Shown here: positions 53,321 through 62,642 of the stretch, piece after piece
Layout of the letters: each line of letters opens with the position of its first letter
Position numbering within the stretch: position 1 is the first letter of the stretch
Origin: an uncultured delta proteobacterium
GTDB lineage: Bacteria; Desulfobacterota; Desulfobacteria; Desulfobacterales; SpSt-501
Assembly (NCBI GenBank): GCA_963791285.1
Contig: CAWBSC010000024.1
Span: 286,578-350,577, forward strand
Reading direction: 5' to 3'
DNA length: 64,000 bases
Notes under the pieces: generated by a model
Database searches by the model: none
What the model saw: only the letters and a program-made list of their open reading frames with translations
Told to the model about the DNA's origin: nothing
Position numbers and translations under genes: made by a program

Positions 53321-53799
53321 CGGAGCGTTCCTCCCTTTCCGTTTTCAGGCTTCAGGGCCGATTCCCATTCCTGCCGCTGCGGGCCTCGGCTCAGAAACAC
53401 CGCGTAAAACAAAAAAGCCCCCACAGCAAAAAACCCGAAATCCCGCAGCAGGTACCAACCGGCGGACATCGCGGGTGCGTCGCTGCCGGTGCTGAAGCAG
53501 CCGCAGTTGATATCCAGCCCCCGTGCCATGTTGAAAATGAAAGCGGCCAGGAACACGACGAGAAGCCCGTTGACCGCCAGCACCGCGCCGGGCAGCCAGA
53601 TGCCGGCCAGCAGGCACAGGCCCAGAAACAGCTCTAGCCACGGCAGTACAAGGGAAGTCAGGTTGACCAGCGCGTCCGGCAGGATCTGGTAGTTGTAGAC
53701 GTCCTTGGCGAAGGCCGCCGGGTGGGCGATCTTATCGATGCTGGCATAGATAAAGATGCCGGCCAAGGCAAGCCGCGCCGCCAATCTGGCCCAACGCAT
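53317..53799 (-). CDS. DoxX/MauE family membrane protein
   Basis: FIYASIDKI, PWLEL, INCGCF. Confidence 0.88.
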   Translation of the reverse strand: MRWARLAARLALAGIFIYASIDKIAHPAAFAKDVYNYQILPDALVNLTSLVLPWLELFLGLCLLAGIWLPGAVLAVNGLLVVFLAAFIFNMARGLDINCGCFSTGSDAPAMSAGWYLLRDFGFFAVGAFLFYAVFLSRGPQRQEWESALKPENGKGGTLR

Positions 53800-53834
53800 G
53801 GTTTCAGACTCCTCGTAAGGCGCTGATTCGAGTT

Positions 53835-54839
53835 TCAGACATGAGTGCCGCTCCCGCAAGACAGTTGACACAACAAGTCGCCGTCGCCGCAGGCCGCGGT
53901 CTCGAACTGCAGTACGGGATGATCGATGCCGAAGGATTCCAGGAGGTCACGCCGAATTTTTTCGGCCAGCGGTTCCGTAGCGCTGACGGCCTGATCGGGC
54001 ACCACCACATGGCAAGAAAACGCCACGCTGCTCGAGGACACGTTCCAGGCATGCAGATAATGCACGCCGCAGACTTCCGGCAACTCCTGCAGGTGGCGGC
54101 GCACCTTCTCAAGGTCGAGATGGGAGGGGGTCGAGTTCATCAGGATCAGGCCCGACTCCTTGGCGATGCCCCAGCAGTTTTTAAGAATGAAAACAACGAT
54201 CGCAAACGAGAGCGCGGGGTCCAGCCAGTACCAGGGCCGGTAGTAGAGGATGGCGCCAGTCACCAGCACGGCCACGGAGGTCAGCATGTCGCCCACCATG
54301 TGCCAGAAGGCCCCCCGGACGTTGAGACTGTGTTGGGCGTCCCGGTGCAGCAGCCAGGCGGAAAGGCCGTTGCCGAGAATGCCTACGGCCGCCAGCCCCA
54401 TCACGATGCCCCCGGAAACGGCCGCTGGGTTCCGCAGCCGTTCGGCAGCCTCGATGACGATGACGATTGCAGCGCCGATCAGCAGCGCGACGTTGATCAT
54501 GGCCGCCAATACTTCGGCGCGCCGATAGCCGAAGGTGTTGCGGACCGAGGCGCCGCGGCGTGCGATGCGGAACGCCAGGTAGGAGATCAATATGGCGGCG
54601 AAGTCGCTGAAATTGTGCGTGGCGTCCGAAATCAGCGCCATGCTGTTGGCCGTCACACCGCCGATGATCTGGGCCACGGGGATCAGCAGGTTTAACCCTA
54701 AGGTCAAAAGCAGCCGCGTACCGGTTTGGCTTTCCATGGCGGGCGCGTGATGATGGCAGCAGCTGGAGCCGTCATCGGCATGGTGGTCCTCAGCGGCTTT
54801 TGGCTCGGCTTGAAGTTGCCCGGCCGTCGCTTTTTTCAT
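53835..54839 (-). CDS. CDF family cation efflux transporter (CzcD-like)
   Basis: CCHHH N-terminus, SMALISDATHN, TFGYRRAE, NVRGAFWHMVGD. Confidence 0.9.
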   Translation of the reverse strand: MKKATAGQLQAEPKAAEDHHADDGSSCCHHHAPAMESQTGTRLLLTLGLNLLIPVAQIIGGVTANSMALISDATHNFSDFAAILISYLAFRIARRGASVRNTFGYRRAEVLAAMINVALLIGAAIVIVIEAAERLRNPAAVSGGIVMGLAAVGILGNGLSAWLLHRDAQHSLNVRGAFWHMVGDMLTSVAVLVTGAILYYRPWYWLDPALSFAIVVFILKNCWGIAKESGLILMNSTPSHLDLEKVRRHLQELPEVCGVHYLHAWNVSSSSVAFSCHVVVPDQAVSATEPLAEKIRRDLLESFGIDHPVLQFETAACGDGDLLCQLSCGSGTHV

Positions 54840-54877
54840 GGCAGACACTGCAGTTCTCCTGTGAAAATTATGGCGGA

Positions 54878-55597
54878 TTACGCCGCGGCGAAGTTCGCCC
54901 AGATCGGGTTGATAACAAAGTAAAGTCCCAGCAGGCAGATGACCACACCGGCGGCCTTGCGAAACCAGCCGCCGGCGTCCTGCCAAGCGCTGTTTTCGAC
55001 CAGGCGGCGGACGGCGGCGGTGGAGCTGCCGGCAACGGCGATCGGGAGGCAGTGGCCGATGGCGAAGAGCAGGATGAAGATGATGCCGGTTGCCACCTCC
55101 TGCTGCACCGTGATGATGGCCAGAATCGGCGCGATGAAGCCGAAGGTGCACGAGCCGGACAAGATGCCGTAACCCAGGCCGAGGGCCAGTGCGCCGGCGA
55201 GGCCCTTGAAATTCAGTCGGTAGAGCAGACTGCCGGACATGGAACACGATTCAACGCCCAGCATTCCGAGAGCCACCCAGATCAACACCCCGCCGATCAG
55301 AACTTGCCACCAGCTGCCGATGTCCCCCAGCATGCGGCCCAGCAAGGCGCAGATCACGCCGATAACGGCGATGGTGATGAAAAGCCCAATGCTGAAGGCC
55401 ACGGCATAGCCTGCCGCCTGGCGCGGCACCAAGGCTTTCTGCTGGCCGCCGACATAAGCGACGATGAGCGGAATGGAAGCCAGGTGACAGGGGCTGAAAA
55501 GCACGCTGATCATCCCCCAGGCAAAGCACCCCGCTGCCGCCAGGAGGCTGCCGGCGACCATCCACTCGTTCACGGTTAGAAAAATCGCATCCAGCAT
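54878..55597 (-). CDS. ccdA: CcdA/DsbD-TM family protein
   Basis: FSPCHL and GSCTFG Cys pair, about 6 TM segments. Confidence 0.85.
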   Translation of the reverse strand: MLDAIFLTVNEWMVAGSLLAAAGCFAWGMISVLFSPCHLASIPLIVAYVGGQQKALVPRQAAGYAVAFSIGLFITIAVIGVICALLGRMLGDIGSWWQVLIGGVLIWVALGMLGVESCSMSGSLLYRLNFKGLAGALALGLGYGILSGSCTFGFIAPILAIITVQQEVATGIIFILLFAIGHCLPIAVAGSSTAAVRRLVENSAWQDAGGWFRKAAGVVICLLGLYFVINPIWANFAAA

Positions 55598-55605
55598 GGC
55601 AGCTC

Positions 55606-56017
55606 CTATTGGACTCCCATTTTGGTGAGCTGTTCGACAATAGCCGCTTCGCTCATAAAACCGACATGCCGGGAAACCTCGCGTCCGTCGGCATCATAGA
55701 ATATCTGGGTTGGAATGGCCCGGATGCCGAACCGGGACACCTGATCGCGGTTTTTCCAGACATCGATGAAAACAATGGCTGCCTTGCCCTGGTACTTCTT
55801 TTCCATTTTTTCCATGATCGGGGCCATCATTTTGCAGGGCACGCATTCGGTGGCCCCCAGGTCGAGCATCGTGACCATCCCCTTGACCGGCACCTGGGTG
55901 AAATCCTTCGGTCGGGCAGGGCCGGCGCCTGGCCCCGCCAACAAGAACAGGAAGAGACCAGCACGAGGCCGGTGAAGAGAAGCGGCCAGATGAGAACTCT
56001 GTTTGTTGAGCCGTCAT
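55606..56017 (-). CDS. exported thioredoxin (5' region frameshifted)
   Basis: DLGATECVPCKMM, RAIPTQIF. Confidence 0.8.
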
Positions 56018-56443
56018 CCGCAGCACCCCCCTGGCGGGGGCGAATTTGCTTGCCTCGGCTGCGGTTTTTGGGCTGTTGCAGGCGGCGCGCACGACCTCTT
56101 TGACCTTGCGTACGTCGTCGTCGCTCAAGCTGAAGTTCTTGTTCTTCTCGATCCCGAGATCGGTAAGAACGATATAATTGTAGTTCGGGATATTCGCATT
56201 CTTGAGAATGGCCTTGGCGCAGCCCACAGCGCAACCGTCGATGGCTGCGATCACGGGCACGTCCTTGGCGGACTGGACGAAGCCCTTGAGTTGGCCGCCG
56301 ATGCCGGCCAGGCAGTACATTTTGCCAAGGCCTTCCTGCGTGAGCTCCACGGCCGCCCGGTTGGACAGTTGGCCTACGTTGGAGCCGCCCGAGCAGGCCA
56401 GGATCATGACCTCATTATTCGCGGCACAGCATTTGTTTTCCAT
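56014..56443 (-). CDS. DGC-domain putative zinc-binding protein (homopolymer frameshift near the GGCCG end)
   Basis: ACSGGSNVGQ, YCLAG, IDGCAVGC. Confidence 0.85.
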
Positions 56444-56589
56444 GTTCAATCTCCTTCCGTTCTATGTGAATCGTCCATCCAATTGATTAAACCCGATGCC
56501 ATATCGCCTCTCAGCGCTTCCGCAAATCCAACCAGAATAGTGATTGAAATAAAATACAGTCAGCGCCCAAGGAGAGTTGGCCGCATTTC

Positions 56590-56823
56590 TTATCCCGATA
56601 CCCACTTCTTGACGTCTTGTTTGCTCGGGACCTTGCCGACGCATTTCACATCACCGTCCACCACCACCGCCGGGGTTCCGAACACACCGTATTCGGCGAT
56701 TTTCCTGATGTCGGTGACTTTCTCGACGGTGGCGCTGACGCCGGTCTCCGCTACCGCTTCCTTGACGACTTTCTCGGTCTGCTGGCATTTGGCGCAGCCG
56801 GGGCCCAGTACTTTGATGTCCAT
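56590..56823 (-). CDS. MTH895-type small redox-active disulfide protein
   Basis: IKVLGPGCAKC...GVFGTPAVVVDG. Confidence 0.9.
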   Translation of the reverse strand: MDIKVLGPGCAKCQQTEKVVKEAVAETGVSATVEKVTDIRKIAEYGVFGTPAVVVDGDVKCVGKVPSKQDVKKWVSG

Positions 56824-56860
56824 GTTATGATCCTTTCACCATAGTTTTTGATTCTAATTC

Positions 56861-56910
56861 TGGGAGCGGCATATTGCCGCGATCATCGCGGCTGGAACGC
56901 CGCTCCCACA
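56861..56910. repeat. REP/REPIN-like element (family B, copy 3)
   Basis: TGGGAGCGGCATATTGCCGCGAT...GGCTGGAACGCCGCTCCCACA. Confidence 0.75.
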
Positions 56911-56937
56911 GAGGGAAAAAAGTGCCGAGAGTCCGGC

Positions 56938-57439
56938 TCATTTCTTCGAAGCGGCCTTAAGCAACTCCTTGAGCTGATTCTTAGACGGAATCTTCCCGGC
57001 GGCCACGACCTTGCCATCGATCACGAGCGCCGGGCTGCCCATCACCCCGTAGGCGGCAATTTCGCGGATGTCGCGCACGTGGTCCAGGTCCGCCGCAAGG
57101 CCGAGCTCCGCCAGGACGGACATCACGTCCTGCTCGAGCTTGTCGCAGCTGGAGCAGCCTTGGCCCAGCACCTTGATCTGAATCGGCCCGGAAGGGTCTT
57201 CAGGCATCGGGTTCGCCGACGAATTTTTTGTATTCCCGGAAAAAGGCGGCCTCGTAGGCCGCCCTGGCCGAGGCCACGATGTAGTTCGACTTCCCAAGGC
57301 GCTCCATCAGCGCCGCCCGGATTTCCGTCTCGGGCCGCCCGGCGAGCTCTCGAGCGACCGCCTCCAGCACCGGTTTCAATCCCATGATGCCGGTGCGGTG
57401 CCCGCCGACCGCAATCTGGGTGATGTCGTGTTCCGTCAT
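56938..57439 (-). CDS. two-domain protein with a C-terminal MTH895-type thioredoxin (frameshift near 57205)
   Basis: GIMGL...NYI...YEAAFFREY, then IKVLGQGCSSC...GSPALVIDG. Confidence 0.75.
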
Positions 57440-57488
57440 GGCCTGCTCCCACAAAAAAACGCGGCCGAAGCGGCCCCGCGCTTAAAGG

Positions 57489-57839
57489 TTACGCCTTGCG
57501 GCAGATGCGCTCGCGTGACACGCTGGAGGCCCTGGCCACCAACGCGGAGGTTTCCGGATGCTCTTCCAGCCAGGCGCGCAGGTCGCGCAGCATGCGCGCG
57601 GCATAAAAGTTGTCTCTCCCGTCCGCGAGCGAATAGTTCACCCACAGACCGTCCTTGCGGTAGTCCACGAGTCCGGCATCCTCAAGCGCCTTGAGATGCT
57701 TCGAAACAGTGGGCTGGGCAATCTCCAGCAGGGCCTGAATCTCGCAGACACACATCCCCGGCCGGTGCTGCAGGAGCTTGAGGATTTTCACCCGGTTCGG
57801 GTCCGATAGGGCCTTCATGACGCGGATAAAGATTTTCAT
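57489..57839 (-). CDS. arsR: ArsR family repressor
   Basis: KALSDPNR, MCVCEI, TVSKHL, DGLWVNY. Confidence 0.92.
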   Translation of the reverse strand: MKIFIRVMKALSDPNRVKILKLLQHRPGMCVCEIQALLEIAQPTVSKHLKALEDAGLVDYRKDGLWVNYSLADGRDNFYAARMLRDLRAWLEEHPETSALVARASSVSRERICRKA

Positions 57840-57843
57840 GAGT

Positions 57844-57872
57844 ATTATATATCGCCATATGGAAATATAATA
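57844..57872 (-). promoter_or_regulatory. AT-rich inverted repeat, probable ArsR operator
   Basis: TATTATAT...ATATAATA directly upstream of the arsR start. Confidence 0.5.
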
Positions 57873-58172
57873 AAGCGTTTTTCGGGCGAATTGCGGTTGA
57901 CGATTCGAGAAGATGCTCGATGTCTACCAAACAGTGGCATTATTGCTCCGGGCAAATTCGGATTGCATTCCGTGCCGGGCGGTGGCAAACTTATACGGTC
58001 GGCTGGACCCCGCTTGCCCACCCCCTCCGCTTGACTTAGATCATGTTCTTCGACCGGGCGACTCCCTATTCTGAAGCCGATCCATCGTCCCATGAGCCGG
58101 GGGGCGCTCGCGCCTGCCGGCGGCCGGGCTTGTCGCTTCGCGCCGCCGCGGCGCTATGAACGAGGTGTTTGC

Positions 58173-58727
58173 ATGAGCATGCAAGGCGGCCCCATGATCC
58201 GCATCCAGGACCTGGATATCCGCTTCTCCAACGAGATTCAGCAGCGAGCCAGGACGGACTTCCGCGCCTGCCTCCAGTGCCGCAGCTGCAGCGGCGGATG
58301 CCCCTTCAGTGAGCACATGGACTACATGCCCAACGGGGTCATGCGGCTCGTGCAGCTGGGCCTGAAGCGGGAGGCGCTCGCCTGCAATACGATCTGGATC
58401 TGCGTGAGCTGTCACACCTGCTCGATCCAGTGCCCGATGGCGATCGACATCCCGGGCGTCATGGACATGCTGCGGCAGATGGCGCTGGCCGAAGGGGTGG
58501 ATACCCCCGAGCCGGACGTCCTGAGCTTCCACCGGGAGGTGCTCAACTCGATCGAGCGCTACGGCCGGACGCACAAGCTCGAAATCATGTTCCGGTACAA
58601 GCTCAAGAAATTCGACCTGCTGAGTGACATCAATGTGGGGATGCGGATGCTGGCCAAGCGCAAGCTGGACCTCACCCCGTCCAAGGTCGAGCACATCGAC
58701 GAGGTCCGGAAGCTTTTCAAGAGATAG
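58173..58727 (+). CDS. hdrC: heterodisulfide reductase subunit C-like protein
   Basis: CLQCRSCSGGCP and IWICVSCHTCSIQCP. Confidence 0.88.
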   Translation: MSMQGGPMIRIQDLDIRFSNEIQQRARTDFRACLQCRSCSGGCPFSEHMDYMPNGVMRLVQLGLKREALACNTIWICVSCHTCSIQCPMAIDIPGVMDMLRQMALAEGVDTPEPDVLSFHREVLNSIERYGRTHKLEIMFRYKLKKFDLLSDINVGMRMLAKRKLDLTPSKVEHIDEVRKLFKR

Positions 58728-58729
58728 CC

Positions 58730-59596
58730 ATGGCCGCCGCCCCCACCATAGATCTGTCGTATTTCCCGGGCTGCTCGCTGGCGACGACTGCCAAGGAGAG
58801 CAACCAGTCGCTGATCGAGTGCTGCCACAAGATGGGCATCCGCCTGATCGAGGTGCCGGACTGGAACTGCTGCGGCAGCTCGTCGGCCCACAGCATCGAT
58901 CACGATCTGGCCATCGACCTGGCCAGCCGCAACCTCGCGCTCGCGCCGGCCGGCCGCCCGCTGGTGGCGGCCTGCCCGAGTTGCACCCTGCACCTGAAGC
59001 AGGCCCAGCATCGCCTGAAGACCGACGAGGGCGCGCGCCAGCGCTACGAGAAACTTTGGGGGCGGCCCTTCGACCCCGACCTCCGCGTCAGGCATTTTTT
59101 CGGGCCGCTTGCGGAAATCGGTCCGGAGCGCCTCGAAGCCCTGAACGGCCACGCCGACCTCGACCTCTCCTTCGTCCCCTATTACGGCTGCATGCTCAAC
59201 CGGCCCTACGAACTGCGCGCCACCTCGGAGCAACACGGCATCATGGAACGTATCCTGAAGGGGGTGGGCATGCGGCCGCTGCCCTGGGCCCACGGCTCGC
59301 GGTGCTGCGGTACCTTTCTAACCGTGTCCAGGCCCGACATCGTCACCCCCATGGTGTCCGCCATCATGAAGGGCGCGGCCGAAAGCGGTGCGGACTGCAT
59401 CGTCACCGCCTGCGCCATGTGCCACATGAACCTGGAGGTCCGCTGCACGGTCCGGCAGCCGATCCCCATTTTCCACTTCTCCGAAATCCTGGCGCTCGCC
59501 CATGGAACCCAGGGTCACCGGGACTGGTTCTCGCGTCACCTGATCGACCCGCGCCCTCTCCTGGTCCGCAAAGGCCTGTACCCCTCCGGCATATGA
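58730..59596 (+). CDS. hdrB: heterodisulfide reductase subunit B-like protein
   Basis: YFPGC, WNCCG, CPSC, YYGC, CCG, CAMC. Confidence 0.88.
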   Translation: MAAAPTIDLSYFPGCSLATTAKESNQSLIECCHKMGIRLIEVPDWNCCGSSSAHSIDHDLAIDLASRNLALAPAGRPLVAACPSCTLHLKQAQHRLKTDEGARQRYEKLWGRPFDPDLRVRHFFGPLAEIGPERLEALNGHADLDLSFVPYYGCMLNRPYELRATSEQHGIMERILKGVGMRPLPWAHGSRCCGTFLTVSRPDIVTPMVSAIMKGAAESGADCIVTACAMCHMNLEVRCTVRQPIPIFHFSEILALAHGTQGHRDWFSRHLIDPRPLLVRKGLYPSGI

Positions 59597-59744
59597 ACAG
59601 GTCCCGTTGCCCGCGGCCGCGACCTCTCCCGACTGCGGGCGGCGAAGTGTTTCCGGAGGAACAACCCCGCCTGCCGTTCAGGGTTTCCAACCGGCGTGAA
59701 GTCGAGTATGGTGTCGGCCTTGCATTCAACCGAAGGTCGACCCC

Positions 59745-61004
59745 TTGGCCATAAACCCCGCCGCAACGGACACACCCGATCCCAACTGGCGCAGAACCCT
59801 GCACATCATGGTGTTCTGCCAGCTGATGACGTCGATCGGGTTTTCCAGCATCTTCCCGTTCTTGTCCCTCTACGTGAAATCCCTCGGATCGGTGACCTCG
59901 CTCGGCACGGAGCTGCTGGCCGGCCTGGTGTTCTCCTGCCAGGCGCTGACCATGATGATCGCCTCGCCGGTCTGGGGCGTCGTGGCGGACCGCTGGGGAC
60001 GCAAGCCCATGGTCGAGCGGGCCATGTTCGGCGGGGCTGCGATCCTGCTGCTGATGGCCTTCGCGCGCTCGGCCGAGGAACTGGTGGTCCTGCGCGCCGT
60101 CCAGGGGCTGATCACGGGCACGATCGGCGCCGCCAATGCGCTCGTGGCCGCGGTCGTGCCGCGGGAGCGCACCGGCTACGCGATGGGGCTGCTCCAGGTG
60201 GGGATCGGGGTGGGGGTCGGCGTCGGGCCGGTCATCGGCGGGGCCGCGGCCGACATTTTCGGCTATCGGGCGGCGTTCTACGTCACGAGCGCGCTGCTGG
60301 CGGTGGCGGGACTTATCGTGCACTGGGGGGTGCGGGAGAAGTTCGAGCCGCTCGCCCGGCCCGCGGGCGGGCGCGGTTTTCTCGCCGGGTGGCGGCAGAT
60401 TTTGGCCTCCCCCGGAGTGTCGGCGACCTATTCCCTGCGCTTCCTGGACTCGCTGGCCCGCATGGCGTTCGTGCCGATCCTGCCGTTTTATGCCCTCGAG
60501 CTTGTGGCGGACGCCTCGCGCGTAAACAGCTTCACGGGTCTGGTCATCGGCTCGGCCGCGGCCGCGGCCGCCGTTTTCGGGGTCTTCATCGGCCGGGCGG
60601 GCGACCGCACCGGGCACCGCCGCATCCTCATCGCCAGTTCCCTGGCCGGCTTCTCGGTCTTCCTGCTCCAGGCCTGGGTGACCCACGCCTGGCAGTTTCT
60701 GGTGCTGCAGATCGGAGCCGGTATCGCGCACGGCGGCATCATCACCGGGGTGGGTGCGCTGCTGGCGCGCTACACGCTGCACGGTGAGGAGGGCGCGGTG
60801 TACGGGCTGGACAACTCCATCAACTCGGGCGCCCGGGCGCTGGCCCCGATGATCGGTGTCACCGTCGCCATATGGTTCGGCTACCGCGCGGTGTTTGCGT
60901 CCGTCTCGTTGCTGTACCTCGCCGCCGGGCTGGCGGCGCTGTGGGGGTTGCCGCGGACGATGGCCCCCCGCAGCGGCCATGGGGGCCGAGCGGCGGGAGG
61001 GTGA
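59745..61004 (+). CDS. MFS transporter (MdtG-like)
   Basis: WGVVADRWGRKPM motif A, about 12 TM segments. Confidence 0.88.
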   Translation: MAINPAATDTPDPNWRRTLHIMVFCQLMTSIGFSSIFPFLSLYVKSLGSVTSLGTELLAGLVFSCQALTMMIASPVWGVVADRWGRKPMVERAMFGGAAILLLMAFARSAEELVVLRAVQGLITGTIGAANALVAAVVPRERTGYAMGLLQVGIGVGVGVGPVIGGAAADIFGYRAAFYVTSALLAVAGLIVHWGVREKFEPLARPAGGRGFLAGWRQILASPGVSATYSLRFLDSLARMAFVPILPFYALELVADASRVNSFTGLVIGSAAAAAAVFGVFIGRAGDRTGHRRILIASSLAGFSVFLLQAWVTHAWQFLVLQIGAGIAHGGIITGVGALLARYTLHGEEGAVYGLDNSINSGARALAPMIGVTVAIWFGYRAVFASVSLLYLAAGLAALWGLPRTMAPRSGHGGRAAGG

Positions 61005-61018
61005 GATCCTGACGCAAA

Positions 61019-61046
61019 AAGCCGGTGCATAGCCATGCACCGGCTT
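61019..61046. terminator. bidirectional terminator
   Basis: AAGCCGGTGCAT-AGCC-ATGCACCGGCTT flanked by A/T runs. Confidence 0.75.
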
Positions 61047-61083
61047 CTTGCGATTGCAGCAGGGCCGAGGAATTACAACGGCC

Positions 61084-61191
61084 TCAGTCCTTGTCGCGGC
61101 CCAGCATCTCCTCGGATTCCATCCACATCACGTTGATGATCCCGAAGGCGCAGGCGAGCAGAACTCCTAAAATCCAGGTGAAATACCACAT
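61084..61191 (-). CDS. cydX: cytochrome bd-I small subunit CydX (35 aa, missed by the ORF track)
   Basis: MWYFTWILGVLLACAFGIINVMWME; RBS GGAGG. Confidence 0.9.
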   Translation of the reverse strand: MWYFTWILGVLLACAFGIINVMWMESEEMLGRDKD

Positions 61192-61218
61192 AGAGCCTCC
61201 CGTATCTGAATCGGTTCC

Positions 61219-61452
61219 TTATCGAAGTGGGTTGTAACCCGGCGCCTTGTACAGCGTGCCTGCGCTGTTCAGGATATCGGGCGTGTACACCTTTTCCGTC
61301 CAGTCGTCGGGGTGGACCTCTTCGATCGCCACCGAGACGGATTTTTCCGCGCATTTCGCAATGGCCACAACGTCGCGGACGATTTCATCCGCCAACCGTT
61401 TTTTCTGCTCCTCGGTTCGCCCGGGGTAAAGCTTCACGATGACGTGCGGCAT
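61219..61452 (-). CDS. 4-oxalocrotonate tautomerase family protein (PptA-like)
   Basis: catalytic Pro1; [16 protein letters not shown]...SVSVAIEEV. Confidence 0.88.
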   Translation of the reverse strand: MPHVIVKLYPGRTEEQKKRLADEIVRDVVAIAKCAEKSVSVAIEEVHPDDWTEKVYTPDILNSAGTLYKAPGYNPLR

Positions 61453-61480
61453 GGCGCGTGCCTTTCTTCGGCCTGCGGTT

Positions 61481-62629
61481 TCAATACGCCGAATGCGTTT
61501 CCTCCCGAATGCGCTTCTCGGTCACCTTGCCCCGCAGCACGCGGTAGACCCAGCTCGTGTAGAGCAGGACGACCGGCAGGAACAGCACCACGGCGACGAA
61601 CATCAGGTTCAGCGTGCGGTGGCTCGAGACGGCGTCGTAGACGGTCAGGCTCGCGTTGGGGAAGGTGCTCGACGGCATCACGAACGGGAACATGGCAAAA
61701 CCCGCTGTCAGGATGGTGCCGGCCAGCGCTGCGCCGCTGAAGACGAAGGCCGCACCCGCGCGGCCGCCGGCCGACAGCAGCAGGGCCGATAGCCCCCCGC
61801 CGACGGCGAGCACCGGCGCGAGCCACATCCAGGAGTGCGCAGCGTAGGTGGCCATCCACGCGCCGGAGATCTTTTCTACCGTCTTGGCGAGCGGGACCAC
61901 GACGCCTCCCGGGTCGGGCATGGCCGTGATGCGGTAGCCCTGGATCCCGTAGGCCTGCCAGACCCCCGCCAGGACGAAGGCCGCGACGAAGACCATGCCG
62001 ACGATGCGCGCCGCGCGGCGGGCCCGCGCGGCCAGCTCGCCCTCGGTGCGCATCTGCAGATAGATCGCCCCGTGCATGACGAGCATCGAGAGGCTCACCA
62101 CCCCGGTCAGCAGGCCGAAGGGGTTGAGCAGCCCGAAGAAGTTGCCGCTGTAATAGGGGCGCAGCATGTCGTCGAAGGTGAACGGCACCCCCTGCAGGAG
62201 GTTCCCGAAGGCCACCCCGAAGACCAGCGCCGGCACGGCGCCGCCGACGAAGAGCCCCCAGTCCCAGGCGTTGCGCCAGCGCGCGTCCGCGACCTTGCTG
62301 CGGTACTCGAAGCCCACGGGCCGGAAGAACAGCGCGAAGAGCACGAGCAAGAGCGCCCAGTAGAAGCCCGAGAAGGCGGCCGAGTAGACCAGCGGCCAGG
62401 CGGCGAAAATCGCCCCGCCGCCGGTGATGAACCATACCTGGTTGCCCTCCCAGGTGGGCCCGATGCTGTTGATCAGGACACGGCGTTCGTCGTCCGTCCT
62501 GGCCACGAACGGCAGGAGCGCCCCCACGCCGAGGTCGAACCCGTCCATGACGGCGAACCCGATGAGCAGCACACCGACGAAGAGCCACCAGATGATCTTG
62601 AGCGTGAAGTAGTCGAAGAGTATCGGCAT
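61481..62629 (-). CDS. cydB: cytochrome bd ubiquinol oxidase subunit II
   Basis: [26 protein letters not shown]. Confidence 0.95.
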   Translation of the reverse strand: MPILFDYFTLKIIWWLFVGVLLIGFAVMDGFDLGVGALLPFVARTDDERRVLINSIGPTWEGNQVWFITGGGAIFAAWPLVYSAAFSGFYWALLLVLFALFFRPVGFEYRSKVADARWRNAWDWGLFVGGAVPALVFGVAFGNLLQGVPFTFDDMLRPYYSGNFFGLLNPFGLLTGVVSLSMLVMHGAIYLQMRTEGELAARARRAARIVGMVFVAAFVLAGVWQAYGIQGYRITAMPDPGGVVVPLAKTVEKISGAWMATYAAHSWMWLAPVLAVGGGLSALLLSAGGRAGAAFVFSGAALAGTILTAGFAMFPFVMPSSTFPNASLTVYDAVSSHRTLNLMFVAVVLFLPVVLLYTSWVYRVLRGKVTEKRIREETHSAY

Positions 62630-62642
62630 GGGATGTTCCTCC

